A DNA stretch of 64,000 nucleotides from Myxococcota bacterium. GTDB taxonomy: Bacteria; Myxococcota_A; UBA9160; UBA6930. The DNA lies in assembly GCA_965223705.1 (NCBI GenBank), contig OZ245015.1, forward strand, positions 3,488,001 to 3,552,000, read 5' to 3'. The position numbers and the translations under genes are program-made. Numbering within the stretch: the stretch's first letter is position 1; each line of letters begins with the position of its first letter. The notes below the pieces were generated by a model. That model was not told the DNA's origin. It saw nothing but the letters and a program-made list of their open reading frames with translations, and did not search any database. Of the stretch, positions 1 through 9,810 are shown piece after piece.

Positions 1-422
1 GCGATGGCCTCCTCGAAGGACTCGAACCCGGGAGTAACCGCATCCACCATCAAGCGATGAGCGCAGTTGGGAACACCGGCAAGCATCTCGCCCGCCGCGT
101 CAGCAAGCGCACTCGAGGTCACGACGACGTCGGCACCGCAATCGTCCACGATGTAGGCCGCCTCTTCACCTGTCAGATAGCGATTGACCGTCGTCAGGTA
201 GAGCCCCGATCGAATCGCAGCCCAGTAGACCTCAAAGTATCGCGGGTGGTTTTCCATGAAGAGCGCGACGTGATCGCCGGGTCGCAACCCGCGCTGCCAG
301 AAGAGCTGGGCCGTTTGATTCGCTCGGTCGTCGAGTTCTCTGTAGGTCGTGGTCGTGCCGCGACCCGCCATCACAACTGCCAGCTTGTCGGGTGAGCTCT
401 GGGCGTAGGTTCCAGGGTGCAT
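1..422 (-). CDS. Acyl-CoA synthetase / AMP-binding enzyme, N-terminal part; runs off the window start
   Basis: Not in the ORF track. Manual translation from ATG at 422 gives MHPGTYAQSSPDKLAVVMAGRGTTTTYRELDDRANQTAQLFWQRGLRPGDHVALFMENHPRYFEVYWAAIRSGLYLTTVNRYLTGEEAAYIVDDCGA, a typical ANL-family N-terminus. GAGG RBS upstream. Confidence 0.88.
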   Translation of the reverse strand, partial: MHPGTYAQSSPDKLAVVMAGRGTTTTYRELDDRANQTAQLFWQRGLRPGDHVALFMENHPRYFEVYWAAIRSGLYLTTVNRYLTGEEAAYIVDDCGADVVVTSSALADAAGEMLAGVPNCAHRLMVDAVTPGFESFEEAI

Positions 423-449
423 TTTTCCTCCCGGGCGGTGCCCCCGGGC

Positions 450-1409
450 TCAGCTCGGCCGAGGCAGCCCCACCCACTCGCGACTCCGATCATAGAGTGC
501 TTCCGCGAGTTTGGCGTCGTGTGCGTGCGGGTTGGGGGAACGCATGGGCCATCCACCCGGGCGATCCTGTTTTTCCGGGTAGAGGATGCTGTGCTGGCTG
601 AAGTAAGCGCCGCTGTGCTTCGGTGCTTCGTCGTCGAGCAGACAGTGGAGCGTGGTCTGGGCCCCTTCATCTGGTGAGATGATCGCGAGAAGGCCGCTAA
701 ACGGCCGCATCAAGACGTTCTGGACCCACGTCGGAGCCGTGTGTTGAATCAGGTTCGAGCGCACCCAACCGGGGTGAACGGAAAACGCGGAAACCCCCGT
801 GCCCTCTAGACGTCGCGCCAGTTCGCTCGCGTGCAGAACATTCGCCAGCTTGGACTGACAATAGGCAGCCGTTTTGTCGTAGGGTCGCCGCTCGAAATGG
901 GGATCTTCGAGATCGATCTCGCCCGCCTGCTTGCTCATCCCGACGTGCGCGACACTCGACACGCAGACGATGCGAGCGGGAGCGCTCGCGTTCAGACGAT
1001 CCAGCAGGAGCTCCGTGAGAAGGAAATGCCCGAGGTGGTTCACGCCGAACTGCGTTTCGAACCCATCGGCCGTCTTGCCTTCCGGACAGGCCATGATACC
1101 CGCGTTGTTCACCAGCCCATCGAGCCGGTCGTATGGAGCGAGAAACTCGCTCGCGAATTTTCTCACGGACGCGAGATCGCCGAGATCGAGTGCCATCACC
1201 GAAATCGATCCTCGAAGCTCGCCCAAGTCCTTGATCGCTTCCTCCCCAGAGGCGACGCGCCTACATCCGGAAACGACGGTCGCCCCCTGACGAGCGAGCT
1301 GAGCGGCCGTAGCGAGGCCTACCCCCGAATTGGCTCCGGTGACCACGTAGACTCGACCCGTGAGATCTTTCTCGAGCAATGCAGGGTCACAAGTGCGTGT
1401 CGTTAGCAT
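450..1409 (-). CDS. SDR oxidoreductase (retinol dehydrogenase/WWOX-like)
   Basis: TGANSGVG, NNAGIM, VNHLGHF, YCQSK (YxxxK), VHPG motifs. Confidence 0.92.
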   Translation of the reverse strand: MLTTRTCDPALLEKDLTGRVYVVTGANSGVGLATAAQLARQGATVVSGCRRVASGEEAIKDLGELRGSISVMALDLGDLASVRKFASEFLAPYDRLDGLVNNAGIMACPEGKTADGFETQFGVNHLGHFLLTELLLDRLNASAPARIVCVSSVAHVGMSKQAGEIDLEDPHFERRPYDKTAAYCQSKLANVLHASELARRLEGTGVSAFSVHPGWVRSNLIQHTAPTWVQNVLMRPFSGLLAIISPDEGAQTTLHCLLDDEAPKHSGAYFSQHSILYPEKQDRPGGWPMRSPNPHAHDAKLAEALYDRSREWVGLPRPS

Positions 1410-1511
1410 GGACGACTCCCCGGCGTTCGCGGTTGCTGAGGGATATCGCGAGGCCCTACGGGTTGGTCACGTTAAGATAAGCTGGTTCGCCAGTTTTTTG
1501 CGAGGCCCAGC

Positions 1512-2741
1512 ATGACCGATCTGTTCACGAACCCTCACCGCTTCGGCGATCTCGACGGCTGGCGCCGGGCCGCCCTCGATCTTCACGCGAGGGGCCCGAT
1601 TCATCGGGTCGAAGAAGACGGCTTCGTGCCGTTCTGGGCGGTCATCGATCTCGAGGAACTTCGTGAGGTCGAACGCCAGGCGGACCTCTTCACGAACCGA
1701 CCCGAACCGGTGCTTGCCCGTACCGCGGATCGCGAAGCACAACTCGCGCAGGGTGGGCAGGTCAAGTCGCTGATCCACATGGACGACCCCGAGCACCGCA
1801 AGTATCGAAGCCTCACGAACGATTGGTTCAAGCCGGCGAGTATCCGGCGCATGGCGGACGACATCGATGCCTTGAGCGTCGAAGCTCTCGCGACGCTCGA
1901 ACGATTCGGAGGCGAGTGCGACTTCGCCAAGGAGATCGCCCTGCCCTACCCGCTGCAGGTGATCTTGAAAATCCTCGGCTTGCCCGAAGAGGACTACGGG
2001 CGGATGTTGGTGCTGACGCAACAACTCTTCGGTGCCGACGACCCCGATCTTCAACGAGAGTCCTTGGGCCCCGAGAAGCTCGCCGACGTTATCGCCGATT
2101 TCTACCGTTACTTCGCCGCACTGACGAAGGAGCGCCGGGCGAATCCTACAGACGATCTCGCAACGCTGATCGCGAACGGGAAGATCGACGGCGAGGACAT
2201 GCCCGAGCTCGAGCAGATGGGCTACTACCTGATCGTCGCGACGGCAGGGCACGACACGACGTCGAGCGCGATGGCCGGCGGGCTCCACGCGTTGGCAGAA
2301 CATCCCGCGGAGCTCGAGAAGCTGCGTGCCGATCCCGAGCTGCTACCCAACGCCATCGAAGAGATCATCCGCTGGACAAGCCCCGTCCGGCATTTCCTCC
2401 GGACCGCCACCCGAGACACAGAAATCGCGGGACAACCGATCCGAGAAGGCGACCGCATCTACCTCTCCTACCTCGCTGCGAACCTCGACCCCAAGGTTTT
2501 CAAGGATCCGCTGCGCTTTGACGTCGCGCGGGACGACGCCGACCGCCAGATCGCGTTCGGCTACGGCGTTCACTTCTGTCTGGGGTCTCACTTGGCGCGC
2601 ATGGAGCTGCGCTCGTTGTTCGGGCATCTCGTGCCGCGCCTCGCATCTCTAGAGGTCGCCGGACCGGCGCCCGCCTCCAAGACGCCGTTCGTCGGTGGCC
2701 TGAAGAGCCTGCCGATTCGATATCGGCTCGAAACGGCTTAG
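1512..2741 (+). CDS. Cytochrome P450
   Basis: AGHDTT I-helix, EEIIR (ExxR), FGYGVHFCLG heme motif. Confidence 0.95.
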   Translation: MTDLFTNPHRFGDLDGWRRAALDLHARGPIHRVEEDGFVPFWAVIDLEELREVERQADLFTNRPEPVLARTADREAQLAQGGQVKSLIHMDDPEHRKYRSLTNDWFKPASIRRMADDIDALSVEALATLERFGGECDFAKEIALPYPLQVILKILGLPEEDYGRMLVLTQQLFGADDPDLQRESLGPEKLADVIADFYRYFAALTKERRANPTDDLATLIANGKIDGEDMPELEQMGYYLIVATAGHDTTSSAMAGGLHALAEHPAELEKLRADPELLPNAIEEIIRWTSPVRHFLRTATRDTEIAGQPIREGDRIYLSYLAANLDPKVFKDPLRFDVARDDADRQIAFGYGVHFCLGSHLARMELRSLFGHLVPRLASLEVAGPAPASKTPFVGGLKSLPIRYRLETA

Positions 2742-2755
2742 CGCCTGAGGACGCT

Positions 2756-3248
2756 CTAGGTCGCGTACTTCGAGAGAATTTCTGTGACCGCCGCAGGGGC
2801 CTCGATCTTGCCGGGGTGGTACCACGGAGTCAGCGTCCGCAGATAGCGTGGAACGACATTCGGCATCAGCGGAATGTACGGCGCGCGTGAGGGCGCACCC
2901 AACTCCGAGAGCAAGCACGTCGAGAACCGGTGGCCGCCCACGAGGTGCTCATAGGCTTCGAAGGTCACGGTCCGATGCTCGACCTCTTCCGCCAAGTGCC
3001 ATTCGAAAAGCCGCCGAAAATCCGGGGTGCACGTCTCGGGCATGTCGACCGCGAAACAGGTGAGCGCCATGGCCGACGTCATTGCCTCGAACCCCTCGCC
3101 GTACCCAATATTGAGCCGAAGCGACTTCTCCGCGGTGAAGCGTTGGTAGTCGGCTTCCAGATCTTCTTCGGTACTCCCCCGGGATGATCTCGAGGCCCCG
3201 ATTGTCGGCGAAGTCGAAGCGCAGCTTTCGGACCGTGATGTCGGCCAT
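2756..3248 (-). pseudogene. Remnant of a predicted metal-dependent hydrolase, internally deleted and frameshifted
   Basis: N-terminus MADITVRKLRFDF..IIPGE is in one frame. The sequence continues in another frame as EEDLEADYQRFTAEKSLRLNIGYGEGFEAMT..LFEWHLAEEVEHRTVTFEAYEHL..TLTPWYHP. About 160 codons in total, much shorter than the usual family length. Confidence 0.7.
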
Positions 3249-3346
3249 GTTTCGGACCTCTGTGACGGAGGTTAGCATCCGCGGCGAACGGCTCCGCTAG
3301 GGGTTGCTACCCTGTATGGAACGATCACAAAAGGCAGAGTGAGACA

Positions 3347-3895
3347 ATGAGACCGGAAGAATGCGTCCTGTTCAGTGGTGCCGCCATCGGTGCCGAAGCT
3401 TGCTTCGGCGCCGCCGCCGAACGATTCGGCATCGAAGAGGTCAACTACACGTTCGAAGGACACAAGGACGCGCGGTCCCGCGGCCTCCGCGTTCTGACCC
3501 AAGCTGAGCTTCTGCAAGGCGACGTCAGTCTGCGCTATGTCAGCAACCTGATGCATCGCAAGTACCGCGATACGCCGCTGTTCAAGAAGGTTCTCCAGAG
3601 TATCTGGCACGAGATCAATAGCGGGCAGGAGATCTACGTCGTCGGAACGATTCTACAAGACGGCACCGTTCGCGGCGGCACGGGCTGGGGCGCAGAGTTC
3701 GCCAAACTCTGCAACAAGCCGCTCTTTGTCTTCGATCAGTCCAAGAACGCGTGGTTTCACTGGACGGAGCAAGACTGGGCGCCCGTCGAGTCGCCGCGGG
3801 TAGAGCACCCGCACTTCACCGGGACCGGCACCCGCTTCCTCGAAGCCAACGGCGAGAACGCCATCGCAGATCTCTTCGAAAGAAGCTTCGGCTAG
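3347..3895 (+). CDS. Conserved hypothetical protein, probable SLOG-superfamily nucleotide-binding fold
   Basis: LFSGAAIGAE at the N-terminus and GGTGWG..AKLCNKPLFVFDQ match the SGGAxGxD / GGT signature pattern of SLOG proteins. Confidence 0.6.
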   Translation: MRPEECVLFSGAAIGAEACFGAAAERFGIEEVNYTFEGHKDARSRGLRVLTQAELLQGDVSLRYVSNLMHRKYRDTPLFKKVLQSIWHEINSGQEIYVVGTILQDGTVRGGTGWGAEFAKLCNKPLFVFDQSKNAWFHWTEQDWAPVESPRVEHPHFTGTGTRFLEANGENAIADLFERSFG

Positions 3896-3913
3896 GCCGG
3901 GTACCCGTCGGCT

Positions 3914-4456
3914 GTGTCCCATCTCGCTCTCTTCCCAACGCCGCTCGGCGACTGCGGTATCGCGTGGCGTGACAATGCGGTCGTCGCGACACAGCTGCCC
4001 GAAAAAACTTCTGCCGCGACGGCTGCGCGATTGGCGGCGCGAACCGGTGCTTCCGACGGGGAGCCCCCGCCCGAGATCGGACGCGCGATCGCGTCGATCA
4101 CCGCGTTGCTCGAAGGGCAACAGGCCGACCTCACCGAGATCGCCTGCGACTTCCGCGGAGTGGACTCGTTCGCGGCCGAGGTCTACGCGGCCACGCGCTG
4201 CATTCCCGCCGGCGAGACGCGGACTTACGGTGCGATCGCTTTACAACTCGGCGGCAAGCAGCTGGCGCGAGACGTCGGCAGAGCCCTCGGTCGCAATCCT
4301 TTGCCCATCATTGTTCCGTGCCATCGCGTGGTGGGCGCGAACGACAAGCTCACGGGCTTTTCGGCGTACGGCGGCATCGAGACAAAACGGAAGATGCTCT
4401 CAATCGAAGGTGCGCCGATCGGCGGCGCGCAGGGGCAGCTCTTCGGTGATCTCTAG
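3914..4456 (+). CDS. ogt: Methylated-DNA--protein-cysteine methyltransferase
   Basis: IPAGETRTYG, VGRALGRNP, IIVPCHRVV active site. Confidence 0.93.
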   Translation: MSHLALFPTPLGDCGIAWRDNAVVATQLPEKTSAATAARLAARTGASDGEPPPEIGRAIASITALLEGQQADLTEIACDFRGVDSFAAEVYAATRCIPAGETRTYGAIALQLGGKQLARDVGRALGRNPLPIIVPCHRVVGANDKLTGFSAYGGIETKRKMLSIEGAPIGGAQGQLFGDL

Positions 4457-5049
4457 CGCCGGGATCGCGCCGTAGAACGCCGAACCGTTCGGGTCACGAC
4501 CCACTTGTGCTTTCCGATCTGCCGCGAGCGCTTGAAGCCCAGACGCTCAAACGTCGACAGAGCGCCATTGAAGAGGAACGCGGGCGAGGCTTTCCGGCCC
4601 TCGATGTTCTCCGGGTAACCCTCGATCCGCCCGCCGCCGAGCTTCCTGATTTGATCGATTGCACCTTCGAGCGCGGCCGACGCCACACCTTTGCCCCGAT
4701 ACCCTTTGCCCGAGAAGAAGCACGTGATCCGCCAGTCGGGAAGCTTCGGATCGATCGACAGGTAGGCGCGCTGATTGTGAATTCGCGGAAGCTCTTCGGG
4801 CGAACCGAACTGGCACCAACCGACACAATCCTTGCCATCGAAAACAAGCGACGCATGAGCTCGCCCTTCTCGAACAAGGCACTGCTTCGCTTTGCGCTTG
4901 ACCGCTGGGGCGTCGTCGTCCGCGCTTTCGCCCTTTCCGTGGTACCACATGCACCAGCACCCGCCCCAAACACCGTTGTTCGCGTCGACCAGACGCGCGA
5001 AGTCACGCCAGGTCTTCGCACTGAGTGGCTTGGTCGCGTATTGCGTCAC
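4453..5049 (-). CDS. GNAT family N-acetyltransferase
   Basis: GGCWCMWY, VGWCQFG, ITCFF, YRGKGVA acetyl-CoA motif. GTG start at 5049 overlaps the upstream P450 stop (GTGA). Confidence 0.85.
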   Translation of the reverse strand: MTQYATKPLSAKTWRDFARLVDANNGVWGGCWCMWYHGKGESADDDAPAVKRKAKQCLVREGRAHASLVFDGKDCVGWCQFGSPEELPRIHNQRAYLSIDPKLPDWRITCFFSGKGYRGKGVASAALEGAIDQIRKLGGGRIEGYPENIEGRKASPAFLFNGALSTFERLGFKRSRQIGKHKWVVTRTVRRSTARSRR

Positions 5050-6260
5050 GGGCGTTCCCGATCCATTTTGGGGCCCGGTCGGAAACGAACGGGTATTCGG
5101 GTCGGACCGCTGATGAAGTTCGACGCGAGCCACGCCACCTCTCCATCGAGCTCGATGTCGTGCATGCGGCGAAGGATCTCATCGAAGAGAGCATCGATTT
5201 CGATCCGCGCCACATGGGAACCGAGGCAGAAATGCGTGCCGTACCCGAACGCCACATGAGGGTTCGGGTCGCGGCCTAGATCGAGACGGCCGGCGCTGTC
5301 AAACGCACCGGGGTCGCGGTTCGCCGCACCGTAGTAGAGGACGACCTTGTCGCCGGCCTTGAGCTGCGTGTCGTGGAACACGACGTCTCGCGTCGCCGTC
5401 CTTCGCATGTACACCACAGGGCTTTGCCAGCGAAGCAGCTCCTCCCGTGCCGCCGGCCACGCCTCGGGTTCTCTTCGCAACCGATCGAGCTCACCGGGAT
5501 TCTGCAGGAGCGTCAGCAGTGCACCCCCGACGAGATTCCTCGTGGTGTCGCCACCAGCGTCCACCAACAGCGCGAAGAACAGCTGAAACTCCGGATCGGT
5601 CAACTTCCTCCCGTCGACCTCGGCCGCGAGAAGTCGAGAAGCGAGATCCGAGCCAGGGTGCGATCGCTTCTCTTGAGCGACCCGGAGGCCGTAGTCGGTG
5701 AGCGCCTGCGCCGCTCTCATCTGGGCGCCTTCGGGAAGGGTCTCGGGCGCGGCGTGGACCTGCTCGGTGTACTCGTACAGCTTACGACCGTCCTCGAGCG
5801 GCAGCCCCATCAGCTCGGCGATCACGTAGGAAGGCAGCTCGCCCGCGACCTCGGACACGAATTCGCATTCGCCTCTTTCGATGACTTCGTCGACGATCTG
5901 CGTTGCGAGTTCGGCGATTCGCGGCCGCATACCTCGCGCGGGCTGCGGTTTGAAAGCGTCGCTGACGAGTTTGCGAAACGCTGTGTGTTTGGGCGGATCC
6001 ATGGTCAGCATCATCTGGCCAGCACTCTCACTCAGCAGCGAACCGGGTTCGGGATCCGGAATGAGGATGCTCGGCTCCGAGGAGAAGTCGCCGGCGTTCC
6101 GACTGATGGCGCGCACGTCGTCGTACCGTGTGACGGCATAGAACCCGGCGCCGCCGGGCTCGTGGTGTCGGTAGAACGGTGCGTTCGCGCGAAGCCAATC
6201 GAACTGATCGTGGGGCTGCCCGCCGTCGAAGCTCGCCGGAGAGAGGAGGTCGATTTCCAT
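5046..6260 (-). CDS. Cytochrome P450 (CYP125/124-like)
   Basis: AGGDTTRN, EELLR, FGYGTHFCLG. ATG at 6260 taken as the start. Confidence 0.93.
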   Translation of the reverse strand: MEIDLLSPASFDGGQPHDQFDWLRANAPFYRHHEPGGAGFYAVTRYDDVRAISRNAGDFSSEPSILIPDPEPGSLLSESAGQMMLTMDPPKHTAFRKLVSDAFKPQPARGMRPRIAELATQIVDEVIERGECEFVSEVAGELPSYVIAELMGLPLEDGRKLYEYTEQVHAAPETLPEGAQMRAAQALTDYGLRVAQEKRSHPGSDLASRLLAAEVDGRKLTDPEFQLFFALLVDAGGDTTRNLVGGALLTLLQNPGELDRLRREPEAWPAAREELLRWQSPVVYMRRTATRDVVFHDTQLKAGDKVVLYYGAANRDPGAFDSAGRLDLGRDPNPHVAFGYGTHFCLGSHVARIEIDALFDEILRRMHDIELDGEVAWLASNFISGPTRIPVRFRPGPKMDRERP

Positions 6261-6375
6261 GCGGGCTATCAAGCACCAAGGAGCACTCGGATGTCAATCG
6301 AAGCAGTAGCTGCGCGAAGTCGCCCAAAAGTGCCAAACTGTGGCGGTGAGCCAACCGGAGAATAGGAGACGCCCG

Positions 6376-7524
6376 ATGCACTTGAGCCGCGATCGAATTC
6401 TGACGACCCACGTGGGCAGCCTACCCCGTCCACCGCGCCTCAGTGAGATCCTCCTCGCCAAGGAGTTCGGCGAAGCGTTCGACCCGGACGAGTATCAAGC
6501 TGAAACACGACGTTCCGTGCTCGCCGCGGTGAAGCGTCAACGCGAAATCGGCATCGACATCGTGAGTGACGGCGAGATGAGCAAGATCGGCTACGCCACG
6601 TACATCACCGACCGATGCACGGGTTTCTCGGGCGAAAGCCCACGCAACCCGCCGGCGGATCTCGCCCGATTCCCCGACTACATGAAGCGCTCCGTCGAAG
6701 AAGGGCAAGCGCCAAAGATCGCGCGTCGCATGTGCACGGGGGAGATCACCGTCCGCGATCGGACGGCCCTCCAAACCGACCTTCGGTTCTTTCGCGAAGC
6801 CCTCGATGAGATCGACGCGCCCTTTGCGTTCATGAACGCCGCGTCGCCGGGCGTCATCGCCGCCTTTCTCCCCAATCGCTACTACCCGAGCGAGGAGGCC
6901 TACCTCGAGGCGCTCTCAGCCGTGATGCGAGAAGAATACGAAGCGATTTCGAATTCGGGTTTCCTCTTGCAGATCGACTGCCCGGATCTCGCGATGGCGC
7001 GACACATCTGGTACAAGGAGCTGTCCGACGCGGACTTCGTCAAGCGGGCGGAAATGAACATCGACGTTCTGAACGCCGCCCTCGAGAACGTGCCCGCGGA
7101 TCGCGCGCGGCTACACCTCTGCTGGGGAAACTACGAAGGCCCCCACGACTGCGACATCGATGTCGCGAAGATCGTCGACGTCGTCACGCGGGCGAAGCCG
7201 CAAGCCATCTCCTTCGAGGCGGCCAACCCCCGCCATGCGCACGAGTGGCGAAGCTGGAGCGAAGCTTCCATTCCGGACGACAAGGTCCTCATGCCCGGCG
7301 TGGTCGACTCGACGTCGAACTTTATCGAACACCCGGAATACGTCGCAGAACGGCTCGGCCGGTTCGCCGACATCGTCGGGCGCGAGCGCGTCATCGCGAG
7401 CACCGATTGCGGGTTCGGGACCTTCGCGACCTACGGACGCGTCGACGCCGACATCTCCTACGCAAAGCTCGAGACGCTCGCCGCCGGTGCTGCGATCGCG
7501 AGCGATCGGCTCTGGGCTCGCTAA
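6376..7524 (+). CDS. Cobalamin-independent methionine synthase II family protein (single catalytic barrel; epoxyalkane:CoM transferase-like family)
   Basis: ILTTHVGSLPRP, HLCWGN zinc motif, TDCGFGT. AGGAG RBS before ATG 6376. Confidence 0.88.
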   Translation: MHLSRDRILTTHVGSLPRPPRLSEILLAKEFGEAFDPDEYQAETRRSVLAAVKRQREIGIDIVSDGEMSKIGYATYITDRCTGFSGESPRNPPADLARFPDYMKRSVEEGQAPKIARRMCTGEITVRDRTALQTDLRFFREALDEIDAPFAFMNAASPGVIAAFLPNRYYPSEEAYLEALSAVMREEYEAISNSGFLLQIDCPDLAMARHIWYKELSDADFVKRAEMNIDVLNAALENVPADRARLHLCWGNYEGPHDCDIDVAKIVDVVTRAKPQAISFEAANPRHAHEWRSWSEASIPDDKVLMPGVVDSTSNFIEHPEYVAERLGRFADIVGRERVIASTDCGFGTFATYGRVDADISYAKLETLAAGAAIASDRLWAR

Positions 7525-8747
7525 GTCGCGAGCTCCTGCGCGACGTCGTCTTTCCGCGGATCGCGGAGCCCGGTGCGACCGTGGTGACGGTCGGCGACCT
7601 TGTAGCCGAGCGCGTCCTCGGCGATCAGGATCTTCTGGACGTTGGCCGTCCCCTCTCCCGTAAAGAAGAGGTCCGCATAGGACTTGAGCCACGACACGCG
7701 GTACTCGAGCGAGAGGCCGTAGCCGCCGAAGATGAGCTGCGCTTTGTCGGCCACCGTCTTCGCCACCTCCGAAGCGTGGTACTTCGCGAGAGACGCGATT
7801 CGGTTCGACGGGAGATCCGCGTCCATATACTGCGCCGCTTTGTAGACGAGTGCTCGACTCGACTCGACGGCCACCGCCATCTCGGCGATGTCGGATTGGA
7901 TCATCTGGAACCTGCCGATGGGAGCGCCGCGCAGCTCGCGCTCGTTGGCGTAACGAACGGCGTCTTCGAAGCAGGCTCGGGCGACGCCGAGCGCCTTCGC
8001 CGCGACCGTCACTCTTCCGGGCTGGAGCGCCCGCATGACGATCTTGAACCCCTCTCCCTCTTCACCGAGCCGGTTCTCGACGGGTACGACGAAGTCGTCG
8101 AGGAAGACCGCCGTCGTGCGGAGTGCCTTCGAGAGGCCGTGCATCTCGATCGGTTGCGCCTCGAAGCCCGGATATTTCTTCGGCTCGACGATGAAAGCGG
8201 TTACGCCCTTCGCTCCCGCTGCGGGATCGGTCTTTGCCAACAGCACACCGACATCGGTCTCGTTCGCGAGTGACGCGTACATTTTGGAACCGTTCAGCTT
8301 GTAGACGTCGCCGTCTCGCACCGCCGTCGTCTTCATGGCGCCCACCGCGTCGGAGCCACCCCCGGATTCGGTGAGTGCCATCATCCCGATCGTCTCACCG
8401 GCGAGGAGCGACGGGACGTATTTCATCACTTGTTCGGCGGTGCCGCCCGCGTAGATACAGTGCGGGCAGCTCGATCCCTGCTGGTTGTTGCAAGCGGCAA
8501 AGCGCACGTCGTTTCGGGCGAGCTCTTCGGTGACCACGGAGGCCGCGACGTAGCCCAAGTTCGTGCCGCCCACCGACTCCGGAAACACCGCTCCAAAAAG
8601 ACCCGCAGCACCCGCTTTCTTGACGAGCTCGCGCGGGAACTCGCCCTTGCGCTCGATCTCGTCCATGTACGGATTCACCTCGGTCTCCATGAACCGATTG
8701 ACGTTCTCGCGAATCGCGGCGATCTCGGGGGGTAGCAGTTCGTCCAT
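7521..8747 (-). CDS. Acyl-CoA dehydrogenase
   Basis: ALTESGGGSD, LNGSKMY, FQMIQ, IFGGYG, GEGTANVQK. Confidence 0.93.
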   Translation of the reverse strand: MDELLPPEIAAIRENVNRFMETEVNPYMDEIERKGEFPRELVKKAGAAGLFGAVFPESVGGTNLGYVAASVVTEELARNDVRFAACNNQQGSSCPHCIYAGGTAEQVMKYVPSLLAGETIGMMALTESGGGSDAVGAMKTTAVRDGDVYKLNGSKMYASLANETDVGVLLAKTDPAAGAKGVTAFIVEPKKYPGFEAQPIEMHGLSKALRTTAVFLDDFVVPVENRLGEEGEGFKIVMRALQPGRVTVAAKALGVARACFEDAVRYANERELRGAPIGRFQMIQSDIAEMAVAVESSRALVYKAAQYMDADLPSNRIASLAKYHASEVAKTVADKAQLIFGGYGLSLEYRVSWLKSYADLFFTGEGTANVQKILIAEDALGYKVADRHHGRTGLRDPRKDDVAQELAT

Positions 8748-8759
8748 GGACGTTCCTTT

Positions 8760-9788
8760 CTAGGATGGCTCGAAGAAGGCTTTTCCGGTCTTCTGCTCGT
8801 CGAACAGTCGGTAGGCCTCTTCCGCGTCGTCGAGCTTCCATCGATGTGTGAACAGGCTGTCGATGTCGATCTTGCGCCCGGCGACGAACCGAGCGCAGTC
8901 CGCTTGCCCGACCTTGGAAAAGGTCTGGTGACCGACGAGCGTCATCTGGCGCCGAATCAGATCCGTCAGTACATCGAAGGTGACCTCCCCTCCGACACCG
9001 ACGAAAACAGCGGCCCCGAACGCTCGCGTACAAAGGACGGCATTGCGCCGAGCGTCCGGTGAGGACGTGGCGTCGAAAGCCTTGTCCGCGCCTTCGCCGT
9101 GGGTGAGGTCGCGAATCGCCTCTGCGGGGTCCTCCGCGACGGGATCGATCACGACATCCGCCCCTCGGACGCGCGCCATCTCGCGGCGTTCTTGCGACGG
9201 ATCGATCGCCACGACCCGTGCCCCCATGGCCACCGCGAGTTGGGTCGCGGAGAGACCGACGGGGCCCTGGCCGAAAATCGCGATGGTCTCGTCACCCGCG
9301 AGGCCCAAGCGCTTGAGCGCGCCGTAGGCCGTGCCGGTACCGCAAGCGATCGCCGCGCCCGACTGGAAGGAGAGATCATCCGGCAGAGGCACCACGGTGT
9401 GCGCCGGCACCAGCATGTACCTCGCGTGTGCGCCGTGTCCTCCGCGATTCCCGTAGACGACGGCTCCATCGAGACACTGCTGAGTCCATCCGGTCTTGCA
9501 GTGCCGGCAGGCACCGCACCCCTCGTAGTGGTGGTTCATGACGCGATCGCCAATCCGGGCCTCGCGTTCTGAGACGGACGAGCCGACCTCGGCGACGACG
9601 CCACAGGGCTCATGCCCAGCGATCAGAACTTCGGGAACGTCGCTTGACGGCCGACGGTACAAGCCGAGGTCAGAGCCGCAGATACCGGAAGCGCGAATCT
9701 CGAGGACGACATCGCGTGGCCCGGGAGTCGGGTCCGGGAAGTCCCTGAGCTCGAGCTTTCGATCACCGAGAAAGACGACTCCCTTCAC
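8760..9788 (-). CDS. Zinc-binding (MDR) alcohol dehydrogenase
   Basis: GICGSD, GHEPCG, CGACRHC..C structural zinc site, GQGPVG. Confidence 0.93.
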   Translation of the reverse strand: MKGVVFLGDRKLELRDFPDPTPGPRDVVLEIRASGICGSDLGLYRRPSSDVPEVLIAGHEPCGVVAEVGSSVSEREARIGDRVMNHHYEGCGACRHCKTGWTQQCLDGAVVYGNRGGHGAHARYMLVPAHTVVPLPDDLSFQSGAAIACGTGTAYGALKRLGLAGDETIAIFGQGPVGLSATQLAVAMGARVVAIDPSQERREMARVRGADVVIDPVAEDPAEAIRDLTHGEGADKAFDATSSPDARRNAVLCTRAFGAAVFVGVGGEVTFDVLTDLIRRQMTLVGHQTFSKVGQADCARFVAGRKIDIDSLFTHRWKLDDAEEAYRLFDEQKTGKAFFEPS

Positions 9789-9810
9789 TGATGCTCCTCC
9801 ACCGCTGCAG

